From NCBI RefSeq assembly GCF_003334255.1, contig NZ_QOWU01000004.1: 64,000 bases of DNA; one strand, written 5' to 3'. This DNA is from Escherichia coli (GTDB lineage Bacteria; Pseudomonadota; Gammaproteobacteria; Enterobacterales; Enterobacteriaceae). Positions 16,596 through 27,138 of the stretch are shown piece by piece. The first letter of the stretch is position 1. Every line of letters begins with the position of its first letter. Under the pieces are notes generated by a model. That model had not been told where the DNA came from and did not search any database. It worked only from the letters and a program-made list of their open reading frames with translations. The position numbers and the translations under genes were made by a program.

Positions 16596-18778
16596 TCTGC
16601 CTCCCGAACCAGCCAGATAGTGGCCAGCGGTGGTAGCGTCAGGCTTAGTGAATGCTGACGACCGTGGCTGGCAATCTCATCGCTGTGTACCGTGCCGCCA
16701 TTGCCTGCATTACTGCCGTGATAGTGCATGGAATCGGTATTGAGGATTTCACGCCATTTGCCCGGCTGGTTTATGCCGAAGCGATAATCATGACGCGGTA
16801 CCGGCGTAAAGTTACTGGCAACGATGATTTCGTTACCCTCTTTATCGCGACGCACAAAGATCAGCACCGAGCGTTCTTTGTCATCCACCACCAGCCATTC
16901 AAAGCCGTACGGGTCAAAATCCAGTTCATGCATTGCTTTATGGTGGCGGTAGGTGAGGTTCAGATCGCGCACCAGACGCTGGACACCGTGGTGCCAGTTA
17001 TCGCCGCCTTCCAACAGATGCCAGTCGAGGCTGGCGTCATGGTTCCACTCGCGGCCCTGGGCAAATTCGTTACCCATGAACAGTAGTTTCTTGCCCGGGA
17101 ATGCCCACATCCAGCCATAGTAGGCGCGCAGGTTCGCGAATTTCTGCCATGCGTCGCCCGGCATGCGGTCGAGAATCGATTTTTTACCGTGGACCACTTC
17201 ATCATGCGACAACGGCAGGACGAAGTTTTCAGTGTAGTTGTAGAGAATCCCGAAGGTCAGTTTATCGTGATGATACTGACGATAAACCGGGTCGAGCTTC
17301 ATGTAGTCCAGGGTGTCATGCATCCAGCCGAGGTTCCACTTGTACCAGAAGCCCAGACCGCCCATATCCTGCGGACGAGAAACGCCAGGGAAATCGGTAG
17401 ACTCCTCAGCCATTGTCACCGCACCGGAAACCTGCTCACCAAGAATACGGTTGGTATTACGCAAGAATTCAATCGCTTCAAGATTCTCGCGCCCGCCAAA
17501 TTCGTTCGGGATCCACTCCCCCTCTTTACGGCTGTAGTCGCGATAAATCATTGACGCCACCGCATCGACGCGCAGCGCATCAATACCAAAACGTTCAATC
17601 CAGTAAAGCGCGTTACCGACGAGGAAGTTACTGACTTCACGGCGACCATAGTTGTAGATCAGCGTGTTCCAGTCCTGATGATAGCCTTCACGCGGATCGC
17701 TGTGTTCATACAAGTTCGTGCCATCAAATTCGGCAAGCGCAAAGTCATCAGTCGGGAAGTGGCCTGGCACCCAGTCGAGAATCACGTTCAGACCAGCTGC
17801 GTATGCGGCATCAATGAAATAACGGAAGTCGTCGCGAGTACCAAAACGGCGGGTTGGCGCATACAGGCCGGTTGGCTGATAACCCCAACTGCCATCGAAG
17901 GGATGCTCGTTAATGGGCAGTAGTTCGAGGTGGGTAAAGCCCATCCATTTAGCATAAGGCACCAGTTGATCGGCCAGCTCGCGGTAGCTCAACCAGAAAT
18001 TGTTGTCGGTGTGGCGACGCCAGGAACCCAGGTGAACTTCATAAATAGAGATTGGCGCATCAAACTGATTCGCTTTTTTGCGCTCTTCAGTCTGTACAAC
18101 CTTTTCCGGCAGCCCGCAAATAAGAGACGCGGTTTCCGGGCGCATTTGCGCTTCAAAGGCATAAGGGTCGGACTTCAGACGCAAGTTGCCATTGGCATCA
18201 ATCATCTCGTATTTATAGAGCTGACCGTTATGCGCCCCAGGGATAAACAGTTCCCAGATGCCGCTCTCTTTACGCAGGCGCATCGGGTGACGGCGACCGT
18301 CCCAGTAGTTGAATTGCCCAACCACCGAGACCCGACGGGCGTTTGGAGCCCAGACAGAGAAACGCGTACCTGTGACGCCATCCATAGTATCTGCATGCGC
18401 GCCTAAGGTTTCATACGGGCGCAGGTGAGTACCTTCAGATAATAGCCAGGCATCCATTTCCTGGATTAGCGGACCAAAACGGTAAGGATCATCAATCAGG
18501 TTTTGCTGACCATGCCAGACAACAGCCAACTGATAGCGGAAAAAATTCTTACGTCGCGGAATGACGCCGCTAAAGAATCCCCGTGAGTCGAGACACTCCA
18601 GTTTTGCGAGTTTGCGCCCGGTTTTCGGTTCAATCACCCACACATCGGTAGCGTCGGGTAAAAGGGCACGGACTTCCAGTCCCGCGGTGGTTTTATGCAT
18701 TCCCAGTACGGAAAAAGGATCCGCAAAATGGCCTGCAATTAGCGCGTTAATCACGTCTCTATCGATACGATCGGACAT
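16592..18778 (-). CDS. glgB: 1,4-alpha-glucan branching enzyme
   Basis: 728-aa ORF recognised as GlgB; stop overlaps the glgX start (ATGA). Confidence 0.97.
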   Translation of the reverse strand: MSDRIDRDVINALIAGHFADPFSVLGMHKTTAGLEVRALLPDATDVWVIEPKTGRKLAKLECLDSRGFFSGVIPRRKNFFRYQLAVVWHGQQNLIDDPYRFGPLIQEMDAWLLSEGTHLRPYETLGAHADTMDGVTGTRFSVWAPNARRVSVVGQFNYWDGRRHPMRLRKESGIWELFIPGAHNGQLYKYEMIDANGNLRLKSDPYAFEAQMRPETASLICGLPEKVVQTEERKKANQFDAPISIYEVHLGSWRRHTDNNFWLSYRELADQLVPYAKWMGFTHLELLPINEHPFDGSWGYQPTGLYAPTRRFGTRDDFRYFIDAAYAAGLNVILDWVPGHFPTDDFALAEFDGTNLYEHSDPREGYHQDWNTLIYNYGRREVSNFLVGNALYWIERFGIDALRVDAVASMIYRDYSRKEGEWIPNEFGGRENLEAIEFLRNTNRILGEQVSGAVTMAEESTDFPGVSRPQDMGGLGFWYKWNLGWMHDTLDYMKLDPVYRQYHHDKLTFGILYNYTENFVLPLSHDEVVHGKKSILDRMPGDAWQKFANLRAYYGWMWAFPGKKLLFMGNEFAQGREWNHDASLDWHLLEGGDNWHHGVQRLVRDLNLTYRHHKAMHELDFDPYGFEWLVVDDKERSVLIFVRRDKEGNEIIVASNFTPVPRHDYRFGINQPGKWREILNTDSMHYHGSNAGNGGTVHSDEIASHGRQHSLSLTLPPLATIWLVREAE

Positions 18779-19050
18779 GCTTGTCTTCCTGTTTTATTGT
18801 GTCACCCCATCCAATTGGATTTTTGACTTCTGGTTGTGACATTTTTTTGACCTGAACGGCGCAGCACTCTGTGCATCCTCTCTGCGTCGTCCTCACTTCA
18901 GGTAAGGCTGTGAATACTCATGTATTCAGCCACCCTTAAAGAATAGCCAATGCTCTATTTAACTCCCGGTAAATCATGAAACATCTGCGCTTACTCCTGT
19001 ATTACGCACTAACAGGGGCGGCATCGCGCCCCAGATTTAATGAATAAAGA

Positions 19051-20154
19051 TTACGCCAGTTGACGAAGCATCCGACGCAGCGGCTCCGCGGCCCCCCACA
19101 GCAGCTGGTCGCCCACGGTAAAGGCTGACAGGAACTCTGGTCCCATATTCAGCTTACGCAGGCGGCCTACCGGCGTGGTCAGCGTGCCGGTAACGGCAGC
19201 TGGGGTTAGCTCACGCATAGTGATTTCCCGATCGTTCGGAACGACTTTCGCCCACGGATTGTGCGCAGCCAGCAGTTCTTCCACGGTCGGAATAGACACA
19301 TCTTTTTTCAATTTAATAGTGAATGCCTGGCTGTGGCAGCGCAATGCCCCGACACGCACACATAAACCATCTACCGGAATTACGGAAGATGTGTTGAGGA
19401 TCTTGTTGGTTTCCGCCTGCCCTTTCCACTCTTCGCGGCTCTGACCGTTATCGAGCTGTTTGTCGATCCACGGAATCAGGCTACCCGCCAGCGGCACGCC
19501 AAAGTTATCCACCGGCAGCTCACCGCTACGGGTTAAGGTTGTGACTTTGCGTTCGATATCGAGAATAGCAGAGGACGGGGTCGCGAGTTCATCTGCCACA
19601 TGGCCATACAGATGGCCCATCTGGGTTAATAACTCACGCATATGTCGCGCACCACCGCCGGAAGCGGCCTGGTAGGTTGCAACGGACACCCAATCAACAA
19701 GATCATTGGCGAATAAACCACCCAACGACATCAACATCAGGCTTACGGTACAGTTACCGCCAACAAAAGTCCTGATGCCATTATTTAATCCGTCGGTAAT
19801 GACGTCCTGATTGACGGGGTCAAGAATGATGATGGCGTCATCTTTCATGCGCAGAGACGATGCTGCGTCAATCCAGTAACCTTGCCATCCGCTTTCACGA
19901 AGCTTTGGATAGATTTCGTTGGTATAATCGCCGCCCTGACAGGTCACAATGATATCGAGGGCCTTTAGCGCCTCCAGATCAAAGGCATCCTGAAGTGTGC
20001 CAGTGGTTCCGCCAAAAGACGGCGCAGCCTGGCCAAGCTGAGAAGTAGAAAAGAAGACAGGGCGAATGGCGTCGAAGTCGCGCTCTTCAACCATGCGTTG
20101 CATGAGAACGGAGCCGACCATACCGCGCCAGCCGATAAAACCAACATTTTTCAT
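19051..20154 (-). CDS. asd: aspartate-semialdehyde dehydrogenase
   Basis: ORF track 19051..20277; start trimmed to [16 protein letters not shown] (367 aa). Confidence 0.95.
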
Positions 20155-20346
20155 AAGCGTTTTTTTCCTGCAAAGATGTGTGCTGTATAAATGTGCCGGT
20201 CTCCTCTTGGCACATCTTTCACCATACAAAAAGCAGCCAAAGTCGCAAGTGAAATTAATCAATGATAGCGAAGCCATCAGTAATGCGACTTATCCTGCTT
20301 TGTTAGCACGCAGAAAGTCCGCGGCAATTATCAGGGAATTTGAGTT

Positions 20347-20940
20347 ATGAATGAAATCATTTCTGCAGCAGTTTTATTGATCCTGATTATGGATCCGCTC
20401 GGAAACCTACCTATTTTCATGTCCGTACTGAAACATACTGAACCGAAAAGACGGCGGGCAATCATGGTGCGAGAGTTGCTTATTGCTCTCCTGGTGATGC
20501 TGGTGTTCCTGTTTGCGGGTGAGAAAATTCTGGCATTTCTTAGCCTACGAGCAGAAACCGTCTCCATTTCTGGCGGCATCATTCTGTTTCTGATCGCCAT
20601 TAAAATGATTTTCCCCAGCGCTTCAGGAAATAGCAGCGGGCTTCCGGCAGGTGAAGAGCCATTTATCGTGCCGTTGGCAATTCCGTTAGTCGCCGGGCCG
20701 ACTATTCTCGCCACGCTGATGTTGTTGTCTCATCAGTACCCGAATCAGATGGGGCATCTGGTGATTGCTCTGCTGCTGGCCTGGGGCGGCACCTTTGTCA
20801 TCCTGCTACAGTCTTCGCTATTTTTACGTCTGCTGGGCGAGAAAGGGGTGAACGCACTTGAACGCCTGATGGGATTGATTCTGGTGATGATGGCAACCCA
20901 GATGTTCCTCGACGGCATTCGAATGTGGATGAAGGGGTAA
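20347..20940 (+). CDS. yhgN: MarC-family inner membrane protein
   Basis: 197-aa hydrophobic ORF between asd and gntU; recognised from memory as YhgN. Confidence 0.85.
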   Translation: MNEIISAAVLLILIMDPLGNLPIFMSVLKHTEPKRRRAIMVRELLIALLVMLVFLFAGEKILAFLSLRAETVSISGGIILFLIAIKMIFPSASGNSSGLPAGEEPFIVPLAIPLVAGPTILATLMLLSHQYPNQMGHLVIALLLAWGGTFVILLQSSLFLRLLGEKGVNALERLMGLILVMMATQMFLDGIRMWMKG

Positions 20941-20954
20941 CGAGGAGAGTTTTT

Positions 20955-20987
20955 CGAAAAGAACCCGGTAGCGTCACAACTACCGGG
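20955..20987 (-). terminator. intrinsic terminator downstream of gntU
   Basis: Minus strand hairpin CCCGGTAG-N8-CTACCGGG followed by TTCTTTTCG. Confidence 0.65.
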
Positions 20988-20996
20988 CGAACAAAC

Positions 20997-22337
20997 TTAA
21001 CTCAACAGCTGGAACGCAATCATCCCAACGATGGCACCGACAGTGCCGAGGATGGTTTCCATCATGGTCCAGGTTTTCAGCGTTTCGGCTTCGGTCGCGC
21101 CGGTAAATTTACCGAACAACCAGAAACCGGCGTCGTTAACGTGGCTGACAACAATCGAACCACCAGCGATACAAATCGACAGCGCCGCCATTTGCGCACC
21201 GGAGTAGTTCAGTTGTTCAATAACCGGCATCACCAGTCCTACCGCCGTTAAACAGGCTACGGTGGCAGAACCCTGAATGATGCGCACTGCAGCTGCCAGC
21301 ACGAAGCAGGTGATAGCAATCGGCAGGCCCATGCCGGTTAACGCTTCGCCCAGTGCCGGACCTACGCCAGAGTCAACCAGCACCTGTTTGAACACGCCGC
21401 CCGCACCAATCACCAGCAGAATGATCCCCGCCGGTTGCAGCGCGTGACCGCAAATCTCCATCACTTTGTCTTTTGGCATGCCCTGACGCATTGCCAGACC
21501 GTAAATCGCCACCAGACAAGCAACCAGAATCGCGGTAAACGGATGACCGATAAACTCAAACCATTCGTAAGCAGTTGATCCTTCCGGCACAAAACGCGCG
21601 GCAATGGTTTTCAGCCCTACCAGCACCAGCGGCAGCAGGATCAGCGACAGGCTGAATCCGAAAGATGGCATTTTGCCTTCGCCGAGATGCGGTTCGCTGA
21701 TGTCGTCAGGAATATGCAGCTCAACGTAACGGCTGATGAAGTTACCCCACAGCGGCCCGGCAATAATCATTCCCGGAATTGCCGCACACAGGCCAATCAG
21801 GATCATCCAGCCAAAGTCGGCATTCATCTGCGATGCCAGCAGCATCGGCGCTGGTCCAGGCACCAGAAATGCCGCCGCTGCCGCCACGCCTGCAAATAAT
21901 GGGATTACCAGCTTCACCAGGTTCGTACCGGTGTGGCGCGCCATTGAGAAAGCAACGCTAATCAGCAGAACTATCGCCACTTCAAAGAACAGCGGTAGCG
22001 CACAGACCAGCCCCGCAAGGCCGATGGCATAATGCGCGCGGCTGTGACCGAAGGATTTGAGCATTTTGACGGCAATCTGATCGACTGCGCCGGTTTCATG
22101 TAAGATCTTGCCAAACATAGCTCCCAGGGCGACAACCACCGCCAGGAAGCCGAGGGTGCCTCCCATCCCTTTTTCCATCGTCGCTGCGATTTTATCGAGC
22201 GGCATACCAGAAAAAAGGCCAGCCCCCATGGACACCACCATTAAAGCCAGGAAAGCGTGCATACGCGCCTTCATGACTAAAAACAGCAGCAGTAAAACAG
22301 ACCCTACTGCTGTTAAAACAAGCGTTAATGTAGTCAC
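20997..22337 (-). CDS. gntU: low-affinity gluconate:H+ transporter
   Basis: 446-aa polytopic ORF recognised as GntU. Confidence 0.95.
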   Translation of the reverse strand: MTTLTLVLTAVGSVLLLLFLVMKARMHAFLALMVVSMGAGLFSGMPLDKIAATMEKGMGGTLGFLAVVVALGAMFGKILHETGAVDQIAVKMLKSFGHSRAHYAIGLAGLVCALPLFFEVAIVLLISVAFSMARHTGTNLVKLVIPLFAGVAAAAAFLVPGPAPMLLASQMNADFGWMILIGLCAAIPGMIIAGPLWGNFISRYVELHIPDDISEPHLGEGKMPSFGFSLSLILLPLVLVGLKTIAARFVPEGSTAYEWFEFIGHPFTAILVACLVAIYGLAMRQGMPKDKVMEICGHALQPAGIILLVIGAGGVFKQVLVDSGVGPALGEALTGMGLPIAITCFVLAAAVRIIQGSATVACLTAVGLVMPVIEQLNYSGAQMAALSICIAGGSIVVSHVNDAGFWLFGKFTGATEAETLKTWTMMETILGTVGAIVGMIAFQLLS

Positions 22338-22340
22338 TAC

Positions 22341-22868
22341 TTATTTGCCTTTTTTAATAACCTCAATGGTGCTTGCCACAACACCTTCCAGCGGTTGATC
22401 GATATCCACCACCAGTACATCGGTTTCGTCCGCACCCGGCTCCTGCAGCGTTTCAAACTGCGTCACCAACATTTGGGTTTTAAAGAAATGGCCTTTGCGC
22501 GCTTTCAGGCGGCTTTCAATCACATCAAAATCGCCTTTCAAATAGATGAAAGAGAGATTCGGATTACCTTCACGCAGCAAGTCGCGATAGTGTTTTTTCA
22601 ATGCAGAACAGACGATCAGCGACACTTTATTAGTGCGCTGCATAGCAAACGCGGCGTCGTTCAGCGCCTGCAACCACGGTTTGCGATCGTCGTCATTCAG
22701 TGGTTCGCCAGACGCCATTTTTTCGATATTGCGCCGTGGATGGAGGAAATCGCCATCAAGAAACGCGGCATGAAGTTGATGCGCCACTTCACTGGCGACC
22801 GCAGATTTGCCGCTGCCCGATACGCCCATCAAGACGTAAATGTGGTGATCATGGTTAGTCGTGCTCAA
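22341..22868 (-). CDS. gntK: gluconokinase (thermoresistant)
   Basis: ORF track 22341..22889; N-terminus of GntK as I recall it (MSTTNHDHH...) corresponds to a TTG codon at 22868-22866; P-loop GVSGSGKS present; start codon choice uncertain. Confidence 0.85.
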   Translation of the reverse strand: MSTTNHDHHIYVLMGVSGSGKSAVASEVAHQLHAAFLDGDFLHPRRNIEKMASGEPLNDDDRKPWLQALNDAAFAMQRTNKVSLIVCSALKKHYRDLLREGNPNLSFIYLKGDFDVIESRLKARKGHFFKTQMLVTQFETLQEPGADETDVLVVDIDQPLEGVVASTIEVIKKGK

Positions 22869-22898
22869 AGTGGTGCCCCCACAATACAAGAATTAAAA

Positions 22899-22927
22899 AT
22901 GTTACGGGTAACTGTTATCGGTAACAT
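22899..22927. promoter_or_regulatory. GntR operator pair upstream of gntK
   Basis: ATGTTACGGGTAAC and TGTTATCGGTAACAT, two overlapping ATGTTA-N4-TAACAT-type near-palindromes about 30 bp upstream of gntK. Confidence 0.7.
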
Positions 22928-23006
22928 TGTCCAGCCGGACAATATCAGAAGCAATATCCATCCATGCCTTAAGTGTATAAGTGTGAGCTACTTCAAATTT
23001 GTGGGC

Positions 23007-24002
23007 TTAAATAGATCCGCCCGGTGACAAGGTGAAACCTAAATCTAACATTTTCGGTGTCACAGATTCGCCACGAATACGCGCCAGCAGGCGTTCAGCG
23101 CCAATACTGCCCATCCGCTCACGCGGCGTCAGCACGCTCGCAAGTCGTGGCTCCATCACCTGACCAATGTCATGACCGTGGAAACCGGCAATCGCCATAT
23201 CGTCAGGAACTTTTAACCCCAGACGCTGACATTCAAACGCCGCGCCGACCGCCAGGTCATCATTCGTACAGAACACGCCATCCAGCTGCGGATATTCCCG
23301 CCGCGCCTGGCGAATCAGTTCAATACCGGAAGAGTAAGAAGAAGATTGCTCAACCATCACGCTATATGGCACCAGGCCTGCATCCAGCATCGCCTGTTCG
23401 TATCCCTTCTGTTTGATGATAGTACGTTCGTCGAGACGTGCGCCGAGATAGGCAATGTGGCGATGCCCGCGAGCAATAATGGCAGTGGTCATCTGGCGTG
23501 CTGCTTCAAAGTTATCAAAACCGACGGCGATATCAAGGCATGGCGACTTGCTGTCCATCAGTTCCACCACGGGAATACCCGCCACTTCAATCATCTTTAA
23601 GGTGCGCGGCGTGTGGGTACGTTCGGTGAGGATCAGGCCGTCGATATTCCAGGAGAGCATGGATTCGAGGCGTTCTTGCTCCATTTCCGGTTTATAACCG
23701 TAGTGCGCCAGCATGGTCTGATAACCGTGCGCGTCGGTGACGCTTTCGATTCCGCGTAATACTTCCGCGAAAACCTGGTTGGTGAGAGAAGGTAACAGGA
23801 CGCCAATCGCCCGGCTGGTGGCGTTAGAGAGGATATCGGGCGCACGATTGGGAATATAGCCCAGTTCATCAAGAGCCGCGGCAATCTTGCCGCGTAGAGC
23901 GACGGAAACCTGCTCCGGGTTGCGTAAAAAACGGCTGACCGTCATTTTGGTCACGCCTACACGGTCAGCCACATCCTGAAGTACGGGTCTTTTCTTTTTC
24001 AT
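23007..24002 (-). CDS. gntR: LacI-family gluconate repressor
   Basis: 331-aa ORF with an N-terminal HTH (LQDVADRVGVTKMTVSRFL). Confidence 0.95.
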   Translation of the reverse strand: MKKKRPVLQDVADRVGVTKMTVSRFLRNPEQVSVALRGKIAAALDELGYIPNRAPDILSNATSRAIGVLLPSLTNQVFAEVLRGIESVTDAHGYQTMLAHYGYKPEMEQERLESMLSWNIDGLILTERTHTPRTLKMIEVAGIPVVELMDSKSPCLDIAVGFDNFEAARQMTTAIIARGHRHIAYLGARLDERTIIKQKGYEQAMLDAGLVPYSVMVEQSSSYSSGIELIRQARREYPQLDGVFCTNDDLAVGAAFECQRLGLKVPDDMAIAGFHGHDIGQVMEPRLASVLTPRERMGSIGAERLLARIRGESVTPKMLDLGFTLSPGGSI

Positions 24003-24225
24003 CGTCCTGAAGGTACAAAAGAGATAGATTCTCTTAGTTTAACACGGACACATCAGAACCTTCCCGGGGAAAACAGTGCTTGTTTACAATTATTAGATAT
24101 ACACTAAATCAATTGCATCGCATTGTGCTAACGACGCGGCAAAACCCCGGAAGCGTACATCAGCACGCGACCGGAGCGAGCGAGGAAGCCTGCAAAAAGG
24201 CAGGCTTCAAAGATGCCGTTGAGTT

Positions 24226-24921
24226 TTAAACCGGCGGCAGATCGAACAGTAACACTTCGCTGTCGCTATCCGCATGGATGGAGATTGCCTGCTCATCCCA
24301 GATTGCCAGACCATCGCTGGTCGAGGCTTTCACGCCGTTAATGGTGACATTGCCTTTCACCACCTGGATCCAGACGCGGCGTTCAGCGGCAATCTGATGC
24401 ACCGACTGCTCATCTTTCAGCAACGCCCAGCGGTACAGTTCCATATCCTGATGCACTTTCAATGAACCATCTCGCGCATCCGGCGAGAGCACCAGCTGTT
24501 TGCCCTGTACGGCATCGAAGCGACGCTGTTCATAACGCGGCGTAATACCGTTTTCTTCAGGCATGATCCAGATCTGATACAGATGCAGACGCTCGGTGCT
24601 GCTTGGGTTGTACTCTGAGTGACGAATACCCGTACCAGCACTCATAATCTGGAACTCACCCGCCGGAACCTGCTCTTTATTGCCCATGCTGTCCTGATGC
24701 TCAACAGTACCTTCCAGCACGTAGGTCAAAATTTCCATATCTTTATGCGGGTGAGTGCCGAAGCCCTGCCCTGCTTCAATCACGTCGTCGTTAATCACGC
24801 GCAGCGCGGAGAAGCCCATAAAGTTCGGATCGTAATAGTTGGCAAAAGAGAAAGTATGCCAGGAGTCCAGCCAGCCATGATTTGCATGACCACGTTCATT
24901 TGCTTTGCGTAAGTAGATCAT
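24226..24921 (-). CDS. yhhW: pirin-like cupin (quercetin 2,3-dioxygenase)
   Basis: 231-aa ORF recognised as YhhW. Confidence 0.9.
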   Translation of the reverse strand: MIYLRKANERGHANHGWLDSWHTFSFANYYDPNFMGFSALRVINDDVIEAGQGFGTHPHKDMEILTYVLEGTVEHQDSMGNKEQVPAGEFQIMSAGTGIRHSEYNPSSTERLHLYQIWIMPEENGITPRYEQRRFDAVQGKQLVLSPDARDGSLKVHQDMELYRWALLKDEQSVHQIAAERRVWIQVVKGNVTINGVKASTSDGLAIWDEQAISIHADSDSEVLLFDLPPV

Positions 24922-25043
24922 TTGTATTCGCCCCCTGAATGATTTCGATGGGCTTAGTGTGGACCCGATCTGCCTGGGATGATAGAGGGTGAAAATTGAC
25001 CCCTCTGTTCAAAAAAATTGAACTATTCGAGGGGCCATCAAAC

Positions 25044-26081
25044 TTACTTAGCGAGAGTTACTGTGGAGGGAGAGGCTTGCTCAAATCCGCGTTCAAGGAT
25101 TTCCAGATTGGTAAGAACTTCAGATTCCTTGACGTAATTTGGCGCACCGTGGGTGATGGTTTGATACAACGCATCATAAACGCGCCCGTAATCGCCCATC
25201 TCCGGCTTCATCTCTTCTCTGACCGTCACGCCCTCGTCATTGACATACTCCAGCACACCGACCGAATCATCCGCTGCGAATCCCGGTTCGCCCGGCATAA
25301 TATTAGCCTTCAGGCTGGTTTCCTGCTGGTCGATACCGTATTTAATAAACGAACCTTTCTTACCGTGAACGATAAATTTCGGATAATCGATTTTCACCAG
25401 ATGGCTGGTTTTGACGATGGCTTTCAGGTCGCCATAAAACAGTTGCGCTTCAAAGGTGTCGTCAGGATTGGCTTTATTACGCAGGCTGCGGATGTCATAA
25501 GCGACGTGATCCGGGCGACCGAACAGAGAAATAATCTGGTCCATCGTATGCACACCAAGGCCATAAAACGCGCCATCCTGCGGCAGCCCAGGTTTGGTTT
25601 CTGCCACCGGGCGGTAATAGTCAAAATGGCTTTCCACTTCAACAATCTCTCCCAACTTGCCACTTTCAATCGCTTTTTTCGCTGTCAGGAAGCAGGAGTC
25701 AAAGCGACGATTCTGATACGGCGTGACGGTCAGCCCTTTGCTTTTCGCCAACGCAAACAGCTCTTTCGCCTGCGCAAGTGTCGGAGTGAACGGTTTTTCG
25801 ACCAGCACATTTTTCCCGGCTTCCAGCGCGCGTTTCGCGTACTCGAAATGGCTGTCCGCGTGGGTGCAGACAACAACCAGCTTAACATCGGGATCGTTTA
25901 GTACTTCGTCGAGATCGCTGGTGAAATGGATATGGGAATAAATGGGAGCCTGTTCTTCCGGCTTCGCATGGCGACGAAAAATATGCGCGACATGCCAGCT
26001 ATCCTTGCGGTTAAGTACATACGGCAGATGGTAACGGGTGGTGCTTTTGCCGAAGCCAATAAAGGCGCAGTTGATGACCAT
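25044..26081 (-). CDS. yhhX: Gfo/Idh/MocA-family NAD(P)-dependent oxidoreductase
   Basis: 345-aa ORF with an N-terminal Rossmann motif (CAFIGFGKS). Confidence 0.9.
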   Translation of the reverse strand: MVINCAFIGFGKSTTRYHLPYVLNRKDSWHVAHIFRRHAKPEEQAPIYSHIHFTSDLDEVLNDPDVKLVVVCTHADSHFEYAKRALEAGKNVLVEKPFTPTLAQAKELFALAKSKGLTVTPYQNRRFDSCFLTAKKAIESGKLGEIVEVESHFDYYRPVAETKPGLPQDGAFYGLGVHTMDQIISLFGRPDHVAYDIRSLRNKANPDDTFEAQLFYGDLKAIVKTSHLVKIDYPKFIVHGKKGSFIKYGIDQQETSLKANIMPGEPGFAADDSVGVLEYVNDEGVTVREEMKPEMGDYGRVYDALYQTITHGAPNYVKESEVLTNLEILERGFEQASPSTVTLAK

Positions 26082-26202
26082 GATTTCGTCCTTTTTAAGG
26101 TGGTTATTTACACCTTAGCGCAAAGCGGACGTGGTTCCTACTGGAGTGCGCATAACGAACACAAGCACTCCCGTGGATAAATTGAGAACGAAAGATCAAA
26201 AA

Positions 26203-26292
26203 AAAAGCCAGCACCCGGCTGGCTAAGTAATACTGGAAGCAATGTGAGCAATGTCGTGCTTTCAGGTTCTCCGCGAGGGTCTTCCTGATCGC
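26203..26292 (-). ncRNA. ryhB: RyhB iron-responsive small RNA
   Basis: Minus strand reads GCGATCAGGAAGACCCTCGCGGAGAACCTGAAAGCACGACATTGCTCACATTGCTTCCAGTATTACTTAGCCAGCCGGGTGCTGGCTTTTTTTT, the RyhB sequence with its terminator hairpin and U-tract. Confidence 0.92.
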
Positions 26293-26293
26293 G

Positions 26294-26320
26294 AGACAAT
26301 AATAATCATTCTCATTCGCA
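26294..26320 (-). promoter_or_regulatory. Fur box at the ryhB promoter
   Basis: AT-rich hexamer repeats (AATGAGAATGATTATTATTGTC on minus strand) resembling GATAATGATAATCATTATC, immediately upstream of the ryhB 5' end. Confidence 0.65.
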
Positions 26321-26413
26321 CTTGTCCAACACTTTTTGCAAAAAAATGCATTTGACTCGCATTTGAAAGTCAATGATGTTGAAAGGGACATTTACCCCAA
26401 AGAGGACAAAGGA

Positions 26414-26902
26414 ATGAGTGAGATAGTAATACGCCACGCAGAAACACGGGATTACGAGGCCATCAGGCAGATTCACGCCCAGCCGGAGGTGTATTGCAAC
26501 ACACTACAGGTGCCTCATCCTTCCGATCATATGTGGCAGGAGCGACTCGCCGATCGTCCCGGCATCAAGCAACTCGTCGCCTGTATTGATGGAGACGTCG
26601 TGGGCCATCTCACCATTGACGTGCAACAGCGCCCACGCCGCAGTCATGTTGCCGATTTTGGTATCTGTGTCGACTCTCGTTGGAAGAACCGCGGCGTCGC
26701 CAGCGCCCTGATGCGAGAGATGATTGAAATGTGCGACAACTGGTTGCGGGTAGATCGCATTGAACTAACCGTGTTTGTCGATAACGCCCCGGCAATTAAG
26801 GTCTATAAAAAATACGGCTTTGAAATTGAAGGGACTGGTAAGAAGTACGCATTGCGTAATGGTGAATATGTCGATGCATATTATATGGCGCGGGTGAAGT
26901 AA
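26414..26902 (+). CDS. yhhY: GNAT-family N-acetyltransferase
   Basis: ORF track 26336..26902; start trimmed to MSEIVIRHAETRDYEAIRQIH (162 aa). Confidence 0.88.
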   Translation: MSEIVIRHAETRDYEAIRQIHAQPEVYCNTLQVPHPSDHMWQERLADRPGIKQLVACIDGDVVGHLTIDVQQRPRRSHVADFGICVDSRWKNRGVASALMREMIEMCDNWLRVDRIELTVFVDNAPAIKVYKKYGFEIEGTGKKYALRNGEYVDAYYMARVK

Positions 26903-27138
26903 GATAGTGCCCTTTTTCTGAGATGGAAAAAGGGTGTCATTCAAAATCGACATACCTTCCTTTAAGGTATTTATTTGCCCAATACATATATTGAGATTTA
27001 ACTCATAATTACTTCCTAAAGTGTAATATTTTATTTTTTAATATATACGCCTACAATTTCCTGGAGTAAATAAATAACAATTAACAAGCATAATATTGCC
27101 ATTGATAAAATAGCATGCCATAAAAGGACTTTTCAGGG

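Noticed and set aside
24996-25901. 301-aa plus-strand ORF antisense to yhhX
   Set aside because: Antisense artefact; yhhX on the minus strand is well supported.
26104-26391. 95-aa minus-strand ORF
   Set aside because: Covers the ryhB sRNA and its promoter; the sequence is explained by the RNA gene.
26910-26934. Hairpin CCCTTTTTC-N7-GAAAAAGGG after yhhY as an intrinsic terminator
   Set aside because: Stem is AT-rich and not followed by a U-tract on either strand; insufficient to call.
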